DNA from: a virus
DNA length: 64,000 nt
Direction: 5' to 3' (one strand)
Virus record (IMG/VR): IMGVR_UViG_3300020048_000039
Coordinates: 64,314-128,313 of that record
Part shown: positions 24,101 through 35,300 of the stretch, one piece after another
Layout: each line of letters starts with the position of its first letter
Position numbering within the stretch: the stretch's first letter is position 1
Program-made: the position numbers and the translations under genes
The notes under the pieces: model-generated
The model's input: only the letters and a program-made list of their open reading frames with translations
What the model was told of the DNA's origin: nothing
The model's database searches: none

Positions 24101-25483
24101 ATGGACGGAAAAATTAGGATTTTATATCATAATCTTGATGGAGCAGGTGTTAATTATTTTAGAACACTAACACCAGCAATGGAACTCGAAAGAAATCATT
24201 CAGATGAATTTTACGTGGAGATTAACCCCACATTGGATTTTAACGACCCAACAATCGTTGATTACTTGAAATCATTTCACATTATACATTATCATCGTCA
24301 ATTTTTAAATGACAGTAAGCAGATGTTAAACTTAGCAAATGAGTTAAGGAAATCAGGAACTGTTCTGATAGTGGATATTGATGACTACTGGCAATTGCAT
24401 AAGAAACATCCATATTATCATATGAGTCTCGAAAATAACCTTGCACAGCCAATTATCGAAAATCTTAAAATTGCTGATTATGTTACGACAACAACCGATG
24501 TTTTTGCAGAAGAAATTCGTAAAATAACTGGTAGAGAGAATGTTGAGGTACTTTACAACTCAATTGACCCTACATGGATGAAACAATTCCAGAATAATTG
24601 GACTGCTGACACTGATGGTCGTGTTAGAATTACTTATATGGCTGGTTCTTCCCACATGGGTGACGTTGAGCAACTTGAAGGCGTAATGAATGTATTGTCA
24701 TCAGACCCTGACCTTAAAGATAAGTTCAAAGTCATTATTGCTGGTTGGGACACAGAGGGTTCAACGACTGACATTACGTTTAATCAGGAGTTTGGAACTG
24801 AGCTACAGAAAAAGGGTTTGTGGACTAATGAAATCGTGAAAGCAATTAATAATTCAAAGGGAGATATTGATAAGATACTACATTTGCCTGCATCAATAAA
24901 AGAAAAATACAGAGGTAAAATATTTGACCAAAAGCAAAGAGATATTGCTTCGGAAGAAAGTGTTTATCTTGTGTATGAAAACATATTAACAGATAATCAT
25001 CGTATGATTAAAAATCCCGATTATTTGGAATGGCTTGGCAATTATGAAAGAAATGTAAACTATGAAGATGAAGGAAACTTTGCCAGACGTTGGACACAAA
25101 AAGCCAACACGTATGCACAAGTATTGGATGAAACCGATATTGTCATTGCACCACTTGCAAAAAATTCATTCAACTCAATGAAATCAAATTTGAAACAGGT
25201 TGAGTGTTGGACACGTAAACTTCCAATTGTTTGTTCAGATGTCGTGCCTTATAATGTACATGGGAAGCACATGGAAAATTGTGTGTTAATTCCATCAGAA
25301 AAGAACGCATACAAATACTGGCAAAAGTATTTAAAGAAACTAATATTAGATGCTGATTTAAGAAAAAGACTCGGTGAACAGCTATATGAAGACTTTAAAG
25401 AAGAGTATAACTTAGCATACGTAACGGCAAAACGTGCTGAATTTTATAAAGCATGCGTTGCCAAAACATTAGAACTCGCATAA
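24101..25483 (+). CDS. GT-B fold glycosyltransferase (GT4-like) with a large insertion
   Basis: GVNYFRTLTP, IVDIDDYW, VLYNSID, ITYMAGSSH..D, DIVIAPLAKNSFNSMKSNLK.VE, LKKLILDADLRKRLGEQ. Confidence 0.8.
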   Translation: MDGKIRILYHNLDGAGVNYFRTLTPAMELERNHSDEFYVEINPTLDFNDPTIVDYLKSFHIIHYHRQFLNDSKQMLNLANELRKSGTVLIVDIDDYWQLHKKHPYYHMSLENNLAQPIIENLKIADYVTTTTDVFAEEIRKITGRENVEVLYNSIDPTWMKQFQNNWTADTDGRVRITYMAGSSHMGDVEQLEGVMNVLSSDPDLKDKFKVIIAGWDTEGSTTDITFNQEFGTELQKKGLWTNEIVKAINNSKGDIDKILHLPASIKEKYRGKIFDQKQRDIASEESVYLVYENILTDNHRMIKNPDYLEWLGNYERNVNYEDEGNFARRWTQKANTYAQVLDETDIVIAPLAKNSFNSMKSNLKQVECWTRKLPIVCSDVVPYNVHGKHMENCVLIPSEKNAYKYWQKYLKKLILDADLRKRLGEQLYEDFKEEYNLAYVTAKRAEFYKACVAKTLELA

Positions 25484-25484
25484 T

Positions 25485-26468
25485 ATGGGAAGAAGATTCA
25501 AGAAAATATTGCTATGGATTTATCTTAAAATTCACTTGACCTTAGTGAACATCAGTATTGCGTTATATAATACTGAGGAAGAGATACTTAAAGCCGACCC
25601 GTTTGATTTAAAGGAAGGTGATAAGAAAATCCAGAGAATGCGTCATAGAAATCAGGTACTGGAAAAGTTCTATGCTGGAAAGCGTGATGAAAAATATGTA
25701 CAGGATTTCTATGAAATTCTAAAAGGAGCAGATAAATTCATGAAAAATTCTACACAACAACAATTTGCTGTTGCAACAGATAAACACTTACGTTTCACAG
25801 GGAAGGACGAGTCTGGAAGACGTTATGATACGTATGGCTATTTCGATAATAAACACAAACATGCAGGTAAGACACTTGGTGAGGTACTGGCATTAGAGTT
25901 TGAAGAAAGACGTACAAAAGACGATAATTATGATTTGCTTTATATCTTTGAGAACCAACCAATTGAAGTTGGACTTGCAAAAATAATGGATGTTGTCGAA
26001 AAAACCGACAAAACAATTGAAGTTCCAGAAGTTATTTATACTGCTTCGGAAGATGGTGGATTAAATGAACGTCTTACTGGTGATAAAATTTCAGAAAACA
26101 TATTCGAAGTGAAGGATAATTTAAAAAAATCTCAGTCATTCGAATTTCCAATTAAAGCGTTTCGTGATGATGAAAACATTGTCAATAAAATAGAACAATT
26201 AGCTGATTGTGTACATGTTAAGCAGACTGCTTTTGAATACAGACAATTAGAGTTTTTTATACCTGTGAAGTATAAAACAGAAGAAATTACAGAAGATTCA
26301 CAAATATTCTTGGATTTGATAAATATTAAAGGTATCTTTGTCAAAAATAAGTACGGAGAGATAATTGGATTTGGTATCACCAAGTTCATAAAAAGAATGA
26401 AACATAACAGTACACATGAAGTATGGAAGTTCGATGGAATTGAAATGCAGAATGTAGGATTATTTTAA
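25485..26468 (+). CDS. hypothetical protein
   Basis: 327-aa ORF with a hydrophobic N-terminal segment; no recognised family. Confidence 0.7.
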   Translation: MGRRFKKILLWIYLKIHLTLVNISIALYNTEEEILKADPFDLKEGDKKIQRMRHRNQVLEKFYAGKRDEKYVQDFYEILKGADKFMKNSTQQQFAVATDKHLRFTGKDESGRRYDTYGYFDNKHKHAGKTLGEVLALEFEERRTKDDNYDLLYIFENQPIEVGLAKIMDVVEKTDKTIEVPEVIYTASEDGGLNERLTGDKISENIFEVKDNLKKSQSFEFPIKAFRDDENIVNKIEQLADCVHVKQTAFEYRQLEFFIPVKYKTEEITEDSQIFLDLINIKGIFVKNKYGEIIGFGITKFIKRMKHNSTHEVWKFDGIEMQNVGLF

Positions 26469-26480
26469 AACCAAATACAC

Positions 26481-26915
26481 ATGGCATCAGATTTTTTAAA
26501 AAATTTACAAAAAACCGTTGACTCAGGCGAGTTTAACTCAGAAGCAGCAAAAAAAATAAATGAGCTTACTAACCTTGTTGAAACCAAAAATTATGATAGG
26601 GATGCTCTTGACAAAGCATATGAGGAACTGAAAAAGGTTCAACCTGAAATCATTACCGAAGAAGAAGCAGCATCACTTAAAATGGCATATGATGAAAAAA
26701 TGCTCGAAATTAAGAAACAGGATGCTGTTAATGCACAAATTGCTACTCTTATTGATATTGAAGATATAGTTAAAGCAAGCATTGCAGACATGTTTAGCTT
26801 TATAGATGAACTTGATGAACAATTTACAAAAGAGTTTGAGGCAGAAGACCCATTTTTTGGCGACTTACACCTTAAAATTGAACAATTGAAATCCAAATAC
26901 AAATCACTAATTTAA
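26481..26915 (+). CDS. hypothetical acidic helical protein
   Basis: 144-aa ORF in the operon. Confidence 0.7.
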   Translation: MASDFLKNLQKTVDSGEFNSEAAKKINELTNLVETKNYDRDALDKAYEELKKVQPEIITEEEAASLKMAYDEKMLEIKKQDAVNAQIATLIDIEDIVKASIADMFSFIDELDEQFTKEFEAEDPFFGDLHLKIEQLKSKYKSLI

Positions 26916-26929
26916 AACAAAAACAATTT

Positions 26930-27394
26930 ATGGCAAAATTTGAAGTAGCATCCGAAGATGTAGAAAAAATCTTCGATGAAGTACGTGACAACACGACAAT
27001 TCCCCATTGGGTAGAGTTTAAGGTTCTCTGTAACAACAAACAAAAAGAGGTTTGTAAGCTCGTTAAATCAACAGACCTTGTGGAACTTCTTACAGAAGGA
27101 CTGAATTTCGCAGTTATCATCAACGAAGAAATTTTTGATGAACTCCCAACCGACATGAAAATCATGGTAATTGATGAATGTCTTGCAGGTGTCGCAGTAA
27201 GTGATACTGATGCATTGTCAGTAGAAAAAACAAACTTTAATACACACAGAGGTGTATTGCAGAAATATGGTGGAGATAAAATCATTGTACTTCATGAATC
27301 GATTAAGAGTCTTTATGACGCAAAGAAACAGAAGGAAGATGAAGCCAAAGCCATAACAAAGGGTAAGAAGGGCAGAAAACCAAAGGCAGAATAG
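26930..27394 (+). CDS. hypothetical protein (weak similarity to phage metallopeptidase-like fold, no HExxH)
   Basis: FAVIINEEIFDEL...MVIDECLAG pattern; basic C-terminal tail. Confidence 0.45.
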   Translation: MAKFEVASEDVEKIFDEVRDNTTIPHWVEFKVLCNNKQKEVCKLVKSTDLVELLTEGLNFAVIINEEIFDELPTDMKIMVIDECLAGVAVSDTDALSVEKTNFNTHRGVLQKYGGDKIIVLHESIKSLYDAKKQKEDEAKAITKGKKGRKPKAE

Positions 27395-27417
27395 TTATTT
27401 TTTGTTTTATATTATGG

Positions 27418-27447
27418 AAATCCAGACAAGTTGTCTGGATTTTTTTG
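27418..27447 (+). terminator. intrinsic terminator
   Basis: aaatccagacaa / ttgtctggattt plus a T-run. Confidence 0.85.
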
Positions 27448-27454
27448 TTTATAA

Positions 27455-27463
27455 GTATTTATA
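27455..27463 (+). promoter_or_regulatory. GTATTTAT motif heading the baseplate operon
   Basis: After the terminator, 16 nt before ATG 27480. Confidence 0.65.
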
Positions 27464-27479
27464 GAAAAACTAATTATAA

Positions 27480-27878
27480 ATGAACACATATAATATTAAG
27501 TTTCCCCTTACTGATGATGTTGTAACAAACACGTTTTTCCAATTAACTCAAGTAACTAAAGATGCACTTCGTTCCGATTTAGTATTGCTTTTACTTACTC
27601 AAAGGGGTGAAAGATATTATGAACCAGACTACGGTACAAATTTATTGAAATATTTATTTGAACCAAACGATACTTCAACAGCACAAGATATTGAAGAGGA
27701 AATTAAAAGAACTGTTTCACTATACATTCCAGTACTTACAATTAATAAAGTTACGTTTAATTGGAATGTTGATGATAGTGGCGAACCAATACCAGAAACA
27801 CAACTAAATGTTAATGTTAAATTTACATATAGTGAAGATGTGTTTAGTGAAGGTGGCGAATTAGATTTAAATTTTTAA
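27480..27878 (+). CDS. baseplate wedge protein, T4 gp25/GPW-like
   Basis: LLLLTQRGERYYEPDYGTNLLKYLFEP...IEEEIKRTVSLYIP. Confidence 0.88.
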   Translation: MNTYNIKFPLTDDVVTNTFFQLTQVTKDALRSDLVLLLLTQRGERYYEPDYGTNLLKYLFEPNDTSTAQDIEEEIKRTVSLYIPVLTINKVTFNWNVDDSGEPIPETQLNVNVKFTYSEDVFSEGGELDLNF

Positions 27879-27888
27879 AATATAAGAT

Positions 27889-29730
27889 ATGGCAACAACA
27901 GATACAACAACGAATGTAATCAGATATGGCTCAAGAACATTTAGCGAAATCAGAACTGACTTAATATCGTTAATTAGACAAACTTATCCCGAAGTTCTTT
28001 CAGACTTCACAGATTCAAGCGTTGGTGCAATGCTTATTGATTTAAATGCTGGTGTAGCCAATAATTTAAGCATAAATACCGATAGAGTATTTCAGGAGAC
28101 CCAACTTGAATATGCACAGCAAAGAGCATCAATTCTTAATATTGCAAAAAACATGGGATTTAATATTCCAGCAAACAGACCATCTGTAACGGTTGTTGAT
28201 TTTACTGTCTTAATTCCAGTTTTAGGTAATAGTCCAGATGCTTCATATTATCCTACTTTAACTGCTGGAGCACAAGTGATTGGTGGTGGAAAGATATTTG
28301 AAACACAAAATACTATTGATTGGAACTCACCATATAGTGAAATGGGAGACCCTAACCGTAAATGGATTCCTAACTTTAATTCAAATGGTATTATTATAAA
28401 TTATAGTGTTACTAAAAGAGAAGTAGTGTTTAATGGCAGTACATCAATATATAAAAGAGTTATTAGTAGTAGTGATGTTACGCCATTTTTTAAAATTGTT
28501 CTTCCAGACCCAAATGTAATTGAAATAGATAGTATTATTTTAGTTGAAGGAACAAATGTTGAAACTCCAACTGCCGATGTGTTTAGTTCTTCACCAAATA
28601 GATATTATGAAGTGGATTACTTGGCTCAACAAAAGGTATTTGTTGAGAATACTTCGGCAGTAAAAGATATTTCAGGTGTTAAGGTTGCTCGTTGGCTTGA
28701 TGTTACAAAGAAATTTATAAAGGAATTTACGACAAATGGATATTGCCAGATAACTTTCGGCAGTGGTGATTCAGATGCCAACGCATTTAAATCAGGTTTC
28801 CTTAAAGAAGGCGTAAGTAACAAATATTTTCTCGAAAACTTTTTAAATAACACTGCATTAGGTGAGAAACTAAAAGCAAATTATACTTTGTTCATTAAAT
28901 ATAGAACAGGTGGTGGAAGTACATCTAATGTTGGCGCACAAGTACTGACACAATTAGGCAACTACGAATTAATATGTAATGGTGCACGTCAGGATTATAA
29001 ACAAAATGTTGTTAGAAGCTTAACCGTAAATAACCCAATTCCTGCAATTGGTGGTAATGATGGACTTAGCACTGAGCAAATCAGACAGTTAATAAAATAC
29101 AATTTTTCTTCACAGAATAGGGATGTTACGCTAAGTGACTACTTATTGCAGATATATAAGATGCCGGGTAAATATGGCTCACCATTCCGTGCCAATTCAT
29201 CTAAGGTTGATAATAAGGTAGTTATCTCCGTATTGGATATCGCTGCCGATGGAACACTTTCAAATTCGAGTAATACGTTACTTAAAGACAATATCACTGA
29301 ATATCTAAGTAATTTCAGAATGATGAACGACTACATTGAAGTTAAGGACGGTAGAATATTTAACTTAGCATTTGATATTGATGTATATGTCGAAAATACT
29401 GCCGACAATACTATCGCCAATACTATCATAACATTAGTTAGGGATTATATGAACATCAACAATTATGAAATGAACCAAAATATTTTCCTTGGTAAATTAC
29501 AAAGAGAAATAATGGATGCAAATGGTGTTATAAATGTTATTGACATTAAAGTATATAATAAAGTTGGTGGTCAATATTCAACCAATCCAGTTTCACAAGA
29601 ATTGGTGAGTACAACTACTGGTGAGATAAAAATAATTAACAACACAATTTATTCTGCTCAAGACTCAATGTTCGAAATTAAATTCCCAACAAAAGATATT
29701 AGAGTATTTCTAAGGAAGAATGTTATATAA
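27889..29730 (+). CDS. baseplate wedge subunit, T4 gp6-like
   Basis: YGSRTFSEIRTDL...LIDLNA; ITFGSG; YRTGGG..SN; NPIPAIGGND...QIRQ...RDVT.SDY. Confidence 0.85.
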   Translation: MATTDTTTNVIRYGSRTFSEIRTDLISLIRQTYPEVLSDFTDSSVGAMLIDLNAGVANNLSINTDRVFQETQLEYAQQRASILNIAKNMGFNIPANRPSVTVVDFTVLIPVLGNSPDASYYPTLTAGAQVIGGGKIFETQNTIDWNSPYSEMGDPNRKWIPNFNSNGIIINYSVTKREVVFNGSTSIYKRVISSSDVTPFFKIVLPDPNVIEIDSIILVEGTNVETPTADVFSSSPNRYYEVDYLAQQKVFVENTSAVKDISGVKVARWLDVTKKFIKEFTTNGYCQITFGSGDSDANAFKSGFLKEGVSNKYFLENFLNNTALGEKLKANYTLFIKYRTGGGSTSNVGAQVLTQLGNYELICNGARQDYKQNVVRSLTVNNPIPAIGGNDGLSTEQIRQLIKYNFSSQNRDVTLSDYLLQIYKMPGKYGSPFRANSSKVDNKVVISVLDIAADGTLSNSSNTLLKDNITEYLSNFRMMNDYIEVKDGRIFNLAFDIDVYVENTADNTIANTIITLVRDYMNINNYEMNQNIFLGKLQREIMDANGVINVIDIKVYNKVGGQYSTNPVSQELVSTTTGEIKIINNTIYSAQDSMFEIKFPTKDIRVFLRKNVI

Positions 29731-30497
29731 TGGAAGTAATAAAAAAAACTATACTACAAGTACTTACAACTGGTATAACTGCTACTACATCTGGAAATAA
29801 GTATATTATTATTCCAGATACTGGTGCAACTTATTCCATGACGTTTGGAATAGTCTCAAGTGATGAAGAAATAGGTTTTTTTGATGCATATACGTTTAAT
29901 GACCCATATTATTACTATGATGTATCTGGTGATACTAATATGGCAAAATTTGAATCAATGTTAAGTGGTGGCACAGGTGTTCCACCAATCTTATATGATA
30001 GCGGTGGATATGCAACTACGGATGAATTTACTGGCGATACCGTAACATATGTTGAGGTAACAGGTACATCACTAAGTAGGTTATCTGAATTGAGAAAGTA
30101 TACAATTACGAATGTTTTCTCAAAACAATATATTACTGGTGGTACAACTAATGTTGATGGCGTTGATGTTGCTGTATCGAATACGGGGTCAAGTATAACA
30201 TATTATCTCAGTGGCATTAAATATATTGATGTGATTAGTGGTGCTTCATCTGGAATTACTTATAATATTTTTACACCACAAGGAATTACGAGTGCAAACT
30301 TTATTGATGTACCATATTATAAAAACCCCAATAAAGAGAATATTATTAGTCAGCCAAATATTGATGATGATGTATTTATAGTTAGACAGGAAACATCAGC
30401 ATTTGAGAATAACTATAGACTTGAATACATTAAAAATTTAAGTGATTTAATCACATATGCTGGTGGAAATTACTTCAACATAATAAACAACTCATAA
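29730..30497 (+). CDS. putative virion structural protein
   Basis: Thr/Gly-rich beta-type sequence inside the baseplate operon. Confidence 0.55.
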   Translation: MEVIKKTILQVLTTGITATTSGNKYIIIPDTGATYSMTFGIVSSDEEIGFFDAYTFNDPYYYYDVSGDTNMAKFESMLSGGTGVPPILYDSGGYATTDEFTGDTVTYVEVTGTSLSRLSELRKYTITNVFSKQYITGGTTNVDGVDVAVSNTGSSITYYLSGIKYIDVISGASSGITYNIFTPQGITSANFIDVPYYKNPNKENIISQPNIDDDVFIVRQETSAFENNYRLEYIKNLSDLITYAGGNYFNIINNS

Positions 30498-30500
30498 ACA

Positions 30501-31334
30501 ATGGGAAATCAACACACATCTAAGCCATACACAGAATTAGAACTTAATGAAATTGTTTCGTTCTATAAATCTGGTATGTCATTTACTATGATTGGTAAAT
30601 TATTTAAAAGACAGAAAAACACAATAAAAAGCATTGTTGTTAATTCTGGCGTTTGGGTTGAAAATAGAAATGATGTAAAAATTATCTTTAACGATAAAGA
30701 AATTGAAACAATAAAAAAAATGTATACGATTGACATGTTAAATACTACTGCAATTGGTAAACATTTCAATGTTTCATCAACACCAATAAGAAAAGTACTA
30801 AAAAATGCTGGTTTATTGAGAATAGGGAAAAGTAATGGACAAAAAATTATTCTATCAGAAGAACAAAAGAAAAAAATTGTAAATTTATACTTAAATGAAT
30901 ATAAAAATACATTTGAAATTGGTGAAATTATTGGATGTTCAAGTAGCTATATTAATAATGTCTTAATTAAAATTAGATGTTTAAGAACTAAAAGTGGTGG
31001 TGCTTCCGTTGGATTAGTTAAACGTTTTAGTGGCGTTAATTACGATGAATATCTTTTAAAATTGCCAGAACAAGAAAAATATAGAAGGAAAGTAATTGCT
31101 TTGACTAATAAGCAACCAATTAAAACATTAAATAATTACGAAAAGCGAGGTGTTAGTGGCATTGATGGCGCATATCATTTAGACCATAAATATTCTATAT
31201 TGGAAGGTTTTAAAAATAATATTGAACCAAACATTATTGCAAGTTTGAATAATCTTGTATTTATATCTTGGAAAGAAAATGTGAGTAAACGCACAAAATG
31301 TTCAATAAGTAAAGAGCAATTAATAAATATTTAA
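30501..31334 (+). CDS. free-standing HNH-like endonuclease with N-terminal HTH repeats
   Basis: Three helical HTH-like repeats; C-terminal YHLDHKYSI..GF.NNI...I.SLNNL.FI.WKEN.SK. Confidence 0.7.
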   Translation: MGNQHTSKPYTELELNEIVSFYKSGMSFTMIGKLFKRQKNTIKSIVVNSGVWVENRNDVKIIFNDKEIETIKKMYTIDMLNTTAIGKHFNVSSTPIRKVLKNAGLLRIGKSNGQKIILSEEQKKKIVNLYLNEYKNTFEIGEIIGCSSSYINNVLIKIRCLRTKSGGASVGLVKRFSGVNYDEYLLKLPEQEKYRRKVIALTNKQPIKTLNNYEKRGVSGIDGAYHLDHKYSILEGFKNNIEPNIIASLNNLVFISWKENVSKRTKCSISKEQLINI

Positions 31335-31337
31335 ACT

Positions 31338-32243
31338 ATGGCGACAGGCATCATGGGTATAACAAGACCCTCAGACGTAAGTATCAATGATATTGAAATG
31401 TATTTTAATTATGCAGTAGATAGATACTCACCAAATAATACAATTGTTACGTTAAATCCTTCGGAAGTACTAAGTTATTGTACATTACCGTCAGGTGACA
31501 CTAATTATGTTGGTGGTTATGAAAATCTATTAGAAGGATTATATAATTTAACACTACCTGCTTCAACATTTAATCGATTGGGGATTTACACAATTTACAT
31601 TAAACCTAAAATGGTCACAACTACAATTGTCGATTGTAGTGTTTTATCTGCTTTACCTACAGTAAAGGGAATAGTCCTCAATGGTTCAGACCCTGCACTT
31701 GCTGGATTAACAAGTAACAATGCCTTACAAGGGTATAGAATAGAATATCTTAGTGTTGACGGAAATAAGATAAGAAATACAGTAAGATATGTTGTTACTT
31801 CGAATAAAGTTAGGGTAGTAAATGAAAACATTGGTAATACGAGTCAAAAAGCCAATAGATATATTTTTGACGATAGTGGAAGTTTGTTATTCTTACAGTT
31901 AACCCCAAGTAGTTCATCTGACGTAAAACCAAATGCAACACCTTTCATTGGAAATCCTAATCAAACTATATTGATATCAAACACATATTTCTCACCATTG
32001 GTGGTTGAAGTTACTTTAGTTGAAAATACTATTGATACAATATCTGATATTATTGCTGGTGAGCAGGTTAAAGATGTTCAGAGTGGTATATTAACATACT
32101 ACGATGCAAATAGAGTAATCACAAAACAATTTAATTTGTTCGAGATTAAGGATGATGTTCTGGACGTTCCACTATATGAAGTGAAGGAAAAGAGAACAAC
32201 AATTGACGAATCACAGGACTTTGCAGCAGTAATTGCACCGTAA
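31338..32243 (+). CDS. putative virion structural protein
   Basis: 301-aa ORF in the baseplate operon. Confidence 0.55.
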   Translation: MATGIMGITRPSDVSINDIEMYFNYAVDRYSPNNTIVTLNPSEVLSYCTLPSGDTNYVGGYENLLEGLYNLTLPASTFNRLGIYTIYIKPKMVTTTIVDCSVLSALPTVKGIVLNGSDPALAGLTSNNALQGYRIEYLSVDGNKIRNTVRYVVTSNKVRVVNENIGNTSQKANRYIFDDSGSLLFLQLTPSSSSDVKPNATPFIGNPNQTILISNTYFSPLVVEVTLVENTIDTISDIIAGEQVKDVQSGILTYYDANRVITKQFNLFEIKDDVLDVPLYEVKEKRTTIDESQDFAAVIAP

Positions 32244-32266
32244 TATTCTCATAATATAAAATAACT

Positions 32267-32304
32267 GAAAAATCCCGAACTAATAATTTGGGATTTTTCT
32301 TTTT
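32267..32304 (+). terminator. intrinsic terminator
   Basis: gaaaaatccc...gggatttttc plus a T-run. Confidence 0.75.
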
Positions 32305-32307
32305 ATC

Positions 32308-32316
32308 GTATTTATA
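32308..32316 (+). promoter_or_regulatory. GTATTTAT motif
   Basis: After the terminator, 16 nt before GTG 32333. Confidence 0.65.
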
Positions 32317-32332
32317 TAGAAATATAAAGCTT

Positions 32333-35300
32333 GTGGCAAAAGTAAAAGTTGTAAACAATAATCTTGACCAGAATTTAAATGGTGATTATTTTAATAATAT
32401 TCCATCCCAAACAATATTCTCGTTTGGTGGTTTTTCGGTTACATCGAATTTTGATGGAAGAACACCAATCGATTATACGAATACATTAAGTTCGTTTGTC
32501 CGTGCAGTTACATTGGATACTATGGGTGTTGATGACACGCAATCTCAAATACTACATGAGTATGCAACTAATGTTGTTCTTAATCTTGATAAATCTGACT
32601 TAAATACATTTATTAGATTTGGTTCGGCATACGAATATTTAAGGGTGGCAATTGAAACAATTGTGACTAATTATCCTTATAGTCTTTTCTTAAATTCACA
32701 GGTAGATAGAGCTGGTAACGCTACATATACTAATTATAGCTACAGTGTTGTTACAGATACATGTACTTTTGACGTGCCAATTAGCTGCATAAATGGTTCA
32801 TTCGATTTAGTATATAATGCTGGTAATGTTGGTCTGCCAAGTAATAAACCATTAAAAAATCTAAACCTTTCATACGATAAGTATATTATTTGGACAGCAT
32901 CTAACCCAAGCAATAATTCGAGTGCTATTATTGGATATACTGGAAATTCATCAGGACGACCTTATTTAACCATCAAAGCTAAAGGTAATCCCTTTTCTGT
33001 TGGTGTAACAGGTAGTACTGCACATTTGGATTTTCACATAAAACCAAATAATTTTATTTTCGAAGAATTTAGGGCACTTTTAAATGACTATGAGAAATAT
33101 ATTCTTTCTACAAGAGTAACTGGAAGTTCTGCTGGATTCCAATTTAGTTTGAACGAACCCACTTTACTTGATGATGGTAATATTGTATATTCTAATACTG
33201 TTTTATCTTGGACAACATCAGATAAGTATAATATTGACATTAGTAATTCTTCATATAAGAACTTTTTGGAAATATTATTAACAATTGGTGATAAATATGA
33301 TAGAATTAAGACGGACTTAATCGCAAGATTTTTGACACCAGTATCGCTAAAAGCATATGACCTTACCGAAGAAGGTAAGATGACTAAACTACTTAGGATA
33401 TATGGTGCTGAGTTTGACCAAATAAGGGAATTTATAGATTCATTAACATATATCAATAAAGTAACCTATGATAAAATAAATAATATTCCAGACCAATTAA
33501 TTAAGAACCTTTCAAGAACATTCGGATGGAATTATTTTTCATTAGTTAATGAAGATGAATTAGTTGAAAGCTTTTTAACAATCGATGAAAACGAAAGAGA
33601 CTTAAATCAGGATTTACTTCCAGCAGAAATTGATATTGAGCTATGGAGACGAATCTTAATCAATAGTAATTATTTTTGGAAGACAAAGGGTACAAGAGAA
33701 GCAATTAAATCAATGTTTTTGCTAATTGGTATTCCTGAACCATTCATTAATATCACCGAATATGTTTACACAGTCGAAGGAAAGATTAACCCAAATACTG
33801 TTCCGTTAATACAATCAGAATTTCCTAATAATTCATTGCCTTATGATAACAGTGGTTATCCTGTTGCACCAATAGAATCACCAACATTTTTCTTTCAAAT
33901 GTCTGGTGATACTGATAGTGGTCAGGCATATATGAATAATTTCAGAACAGCAGGTTTTAATTTAGATAGAACAATAGATAATAAGAAATCTTGGTCACAG
34001 AGTGGCGCAACCTATAGAATTGATGACACCACCCCGCAGTACTATCAAGAAGATAGTAAATTGGTTCTCAATACTAAAGAAGTTGATATTGCTCTCGATA
34101 CTGCTCGTGGTATAGAATATGATGTTTATAATTATATTCTAACTGACTTTGCTGCCAATTCAAGTGGCTATACAATGCCATATTCATATGTAAATATTTC
34201 ATTAGGATATAATGGTACTGAAAATACATTCCCACTACCTGATGCATATACGTCAGATAAGGTTCGTGGCGACCTTGAAGTTCGCTTCAATGGCATATTA
34301 TTGAATGCTCCAAAGAGTGGTCTTACAACAGGTTATACTACGAATGCTGACTATATTATTGATGAAGTTAGCAAGACTTTCACATTAACTGGACAAACTG
34401 GTGCTATGTATGCTCAAAATAATGCCAGACGTAGGGACGTAATTCAGGCTACGTTTGTATATTCAGGTGGTACGCACTCATTGAGTGGTATTACTGTTGA
34501 GTATATTGTTACAAGAGTAAATGCAAATGTTAGTGGAACTGCAATTCCATTACCAACAATGCCACGTGGTGATGTTCAGGTTACTATTAATGGTATTTCA
34601 CTTACTAAGGGTACTCCACAATTTGTTGCGGATTATATTGTTGACCCATACAACACAACTGGCTCAAGTCAGATTATTATTCAGAATCAAGAAGTAATTT
34701 CTTATTTAAGAACTAATCCTGTTGTTCAGATTGCCTATGTTGACGTTGTTGGTAGTAATGATATTTCAGCAAGAAGTGAAGTGGTTAGAGTTGATAGTTT
34801 TAATAGTGGGAAGATATATTTCAACCAAGGTGCAAATAAATATGTTTATAAAATGAATTATAAGGCTAATAATGCCTCAGACATCAAAGTATTGGTGGAT
34901 GGTATTGCATTAGAGCCAAATACTGATTACTCAATTAATGTACAGAATTTATATGAAATATTCTTGCCAAAAGGAATTAGATATGGCAGCATAATTACTG
35001 TTTATTACCTTGTTGGTGACAGTGCATTGTTTCATCCAGTGGTAAATGATGTTTTTGGAGTTGGAGATATTAGCAAACTATCTTTCCTTGAGTTCATGGA
35101 ATTGATACAAAGAAAGATGATTAACGCCAGAAACAGAAAGACAATTTCTGACTTCAAAGGTGGTTGGTATCCTTCGTTGGAGAGAATATATTTAGAATAT
35201 ATGAGAAGGTCATTACTTGCAAATAACGACCCATTACAGTCAAATGGATATACTTTTGCAAATCTCTATCCATTCTTAAGTAAGTACAATGCTTTTTTCC

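Noticed and set aside
30372-30380. GTATTTATA inside coding sequence (also 41884)
   Set aside because: It falls within codons (DVFIV, NVFI) far from the next start and is expected occasionally by chance in AT-rich DNA, so it was not counted as a promoter.
30501-31334. Group I intron hosting the HNH, LAGLIDADG or GIY-YIG ORFs
   Set aside because: Flanking genes appear complete, and there is no room for intron core structure around these ORFs.
32288-32332. Track start at TTG 32288 (likewise 2859, 12433, 40562, 51815, 52857, 55442)
   Set aside because: These upstream starts run through terminators or neighbouring genes; downstream ATG/GTG starts fit the gene spacing better.
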